IMG/VR virus record: IMGVR_UViG_3300031867_000003
Span: 96,001-160,000 of that record
Strand: one strand, 5' to 3'
DNA: 64,000 nucleotides
DNA from: a virus
Taxonomy: Duplodnaviria > Caudoviricetes
This document shows, one piece after another, positions 61,617-64,000 of the stretch. A program made the translations under genes and the position numbers. The notes below the pieces were generated by a model. The model saw only the letters and a program-made list of their open reading frames with translations, did not search any database and was not told the DNA's origin. Position 1 is the stretch's first letter; the number at the start of each line of letters is the position of its first letter.

Positions 61617-62077
61617 ACGGTATCAACTCCATTGATAACGGATAAACTATATCCATAATCTCGGATAAGCTTTCGAAGGTCTGTTTGAGCTTTGGCGTAC
61701 ATAGCATGAAGTTCGTTCATTTGAGTTGACTATGCATAAAACTTCTATTCACTGTTTGATATAAGTTGCGATGTCAACAACGTAGAATGATACCTAGGAT
61801 CAAGCCATCGTTCAACCATCCCCAAAGCTAATACTTCCTCCACAAAATCTTTATCGGAATCCTCATCCAGGGAGTTCCGCAATTCATATTCTATCTCTTC
61901 TATATCTTCATCAAGCGTTATCGACTAAAAAAGCCTACGCACCATTGGTTTGGATAGCGTAGACTTCAAATAGCCGAGTAACATTTGTTTCACTAATTTT
62001 TCTTCTAATCCCGATGTCTCGTAATCTTTTACACGTAGGTAAAAGCGAGAATATATTTCATCAAATTCAGAGGTCAT
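61613..62077 (-). CDS. Putative head-tail adaptor (154 aa, three TAG=Gln)
   Basis: AAGGAGG RBS; MTSEFDEIYSRF...NSE*KFYA*STQM...; missed by the ORF track. Confidence 0.7.
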
Positions 62078-62092
62078 GGGATACCTCCTTTA

Positions 62093-62776
62093 TTAGATAA
62101 ACTCTTTAATTCCGGTACCCAGAATATTGTCAATAATGACGAGTTTCTGCAAAGACGGATAGTTTTCATTGCGAATCATATCCATTGCGGTATATTTAAT
62201 AACTTCCTTGAATGTATTAGATGCTTCACTTAGCATTTTTTCAAATTCACTGTCGGATTTATCAAAAAACTCTTCCGGATAGTTAACGCCAAGGTATCTC
62301 TGATAAATAGCACCAATATCATGTTTCCACTGTTCACAAATATCAGGGTCTTCAATCATAATCATTCCATCGGTAATAACCGGTTTCTGTCTCCATGACT
62401 GAAGATCCCTATATGTAACATATTCTAAATCGCCAAAATTAGGCCATTTGTATGTTACAATCTTATCAAGCCCAACAGTTTCAAGATACCATGGGACAAT
62501 ACTTCTACATGGAATTAAATCGTCAGGTGCAAATTTCTTTATCTCTTTATTAGGGATAATTTTTTCTCGTTTTTTCGCCGGAGCCAACTTCGTTTCTATA
62601 AGTTCTTTACCGGCGACTGTTTTTGACTGAGTAGAAAAATAAGAAGTAGATTTTTCAATCATCTCGTCAGTTACGTTTTGCATATGACTAGAAACTTTAA
62701 AACCTTGAGATTTTAAATAATCTATAACATCCTTGTTTTTTACTCCAAGTTTTTTGGACAATTCGTTAACAATCAT
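62093..62776 (-). CDS. Post-capsid protein with an N-terminal IF2-N-like domain
   Basis: MIVNELSKKLGVKNKDVIDYLKSQGFKVSSHMQNVTDE resembles the N-terminal domain of translation initiation factor 2. Confidence 0.65.
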   Translation of the reverse strand: MIVNELSKKLGVKNKDVIDYLKSQGFKVSSHMQNVTDEMIEKSTSYFSTQSKTVAGKELIETKLAPAKKREKIIPNKEIKKFAPDDLIPCRSIVPWYLETVGLDKIVTYKWPNFGDLEYVTYRDLQSWRQKPVITDGMIMIEDPDICEQWKHDIGAIYQRYLGVNYPEEFFDKSDSEFEKMLSEASNTFKEVIKYTAMDMIRNENYPSLQKLVIIDNILGTGIKEFI

Positions 62777-62809
62777 CTTTATTCTCCTTGTAATCCTATA
62801 TAGTCCTTA

Positions 62810-63916
62810 TTACTGATTATCCTCGATTACACCGAAGAGCTCATCAATAACAACACCGATGCCTTCATGATACCAGATTTCAGTATCCATAGTACGATCC
62901 TGATAAAACAAACCATCTTCACCGCGGCTTGCTACTTCTACGTCACCTTCGTTAACTCTTTTAATTGGCTTAAAAGAATCATCAATCGGAATAATAAAGA
63001 TTTTCTTATTATCATTGGCAGTAAAGATAGAAGTGCGCGTCCCCTCTTCGTTTACACGATCAAGAACAAGACATTCATAACCTTCCCACATTCCAAGCAT
63101 ACCTTTAGTATGACGTTCGGTTTTCATTTCATTTGACCACATGGAATACGGAACAGTATTCTGAAGTTTCTGCATAGCAACACGAGTACCAACGAGCATT
63201 ACATCTTTACCCGTAACAGCCTTAACTGCTTCAATTTTATCAATAATAGAATCTTTACTTGCTTCAACAATAGCAATGCTAGACTTCATATCAGCCGGAA
63301 GATAGGTATCAAGACTCATAAACGCGGTATAAAGAGCAGAGTAACGATGTTTTTCAATACTTGTATACATAAGATTAATCATCTCCGCAAAGTCAACTTT
63401 GCCAAGCATAAATAATTCATAGTCTGTATATACTTTAATTACATACGGTGATGTATCAATGCTAAATGCCTTCCCAGGAAGAACTTTCTGACGCACTACA
63501 TCATGATGATTTCCAGCCCATTTACTAACCTGAAGAAGGGCATTCGAATTCACATAAAACTGATTAATATCACCACGAGCAATATTAACATCCTCAACGA
63601 GATCCATAAAACGAGCGTTACTAGAATCCCATCCAGAAACCATTTTATCCGCAAGGGTGTTCTCAATTACCGAACAAATTTCAATACCGTGAGCTCTCCA
63701 GGCCTATCTACGCTGCATACGGGTTGCGTTTTTAAAATCGATACCTGTAATTTTATTAAACTGATTACGGATAATCTCACTTGTTTCAGATTTAGAATAC
63801 TTATTATAAATATTATTTGAAGCGTCCATCATAAGATCGTTAAAAACAAGCATATTTTCATAATTGTTATCAAAATTAGCAACAACATTTGCACTAAAAC
63901 ATGTAATATCTCTCAT
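62810..63916 (-). CDS. Major capsid protein (368 aa, one TAG at 63704-63706)
   Basis: AAAGGAGG RBS; ORFs 63704..63916 and 62810..63643 joined in frame (RMQRR*AWRAHGIEICSVIE); size and synteny. Confidence 0.75.
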
Positions 63917-63940
63917 TATTTTCTCCTCCTTTCTTCAAAA

Positions 63941-64000
63941 TTAGTTATTATCCACGTTCTGAATTACATAAATACGAACAAGGGTATAATAGTTGTTTGT
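63941..64000 (-). CDS. 3' end of upstream head gene (partial)
   Basis: Open frame TNNYYTLVRIYVIQNVDNN then TAA just before the capsid RBS. Confidence 0.5.
   Translation of the reverse strand, partial: TNNYYTLVRIYVIQNVDNN

Noticed and set aside
502-63820. Plus-strand ORFs in the track (e.g. 52382..53365, 36462..36857)
   Set aside because: Antisense shadows of minus-strand genes, without RBS or recognisable motifs.
1-64000. Suppressor tRNA, CRISPR array, reverse transcriptase or DGR
   Set aside because: No cloverleaf, regular repeat-spacer array or RT motif recognised by eye. A suppressor may lie outside the window; tRNAscan-SE would be decisive.
1-64000. TGA reassignment
   Set aside because: TGA terminates several genes, often in ATGA overlaps with the next start.

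Overview
This window is the morphogenesis module of a large, AT-rich, probably temperate siphovirus-type phage of a Firmicutes host, all on the minus strand. Gene order is capsid, head-tail joining genes, tail tube, an accessory insert, tape measure, Dit/Tal, then tail fibres. The ORF track looks shattered for two reasons. (1) The phage reads TAG as glutamine (genetic code 15): fragments are joined in frame by TAG, internal repeats align TAG with CAA/CAG, and every real gene end is TAA or TGA. (2) Seven group I introns interrupt virion genes: four in a roughly 6150-aa tape measure gene, one in the tail tube gene after an 18-nt first exon, and two flanking an 18-nt micro-exon in a neck gene. 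One intron encodes a LAGLIDADG endonuclease that itself contains TAG=Gln codons, and one has a non-canonical C-G pair at its 5' splice site. Two free-standing PD-(D/E)XK homing-type endonucleases have each left a duplicated piece of a neighbouring gene (RusA C-terminus, recombinase N-terminus). Two endonuclease genes share a three-way-junction leader RNA whose loop is complementary to the RBS. Also present: a TAG-free tyrosine recombinase with its own consensus promoter next to a possibly exchangeable SGNH tail module, a phage cysteine desulfurase, an IF2-N-domain protein, and a recent IS21 insertion. All coordinates were derived by hand. Product names rest on motifs and synteny, not database searches.
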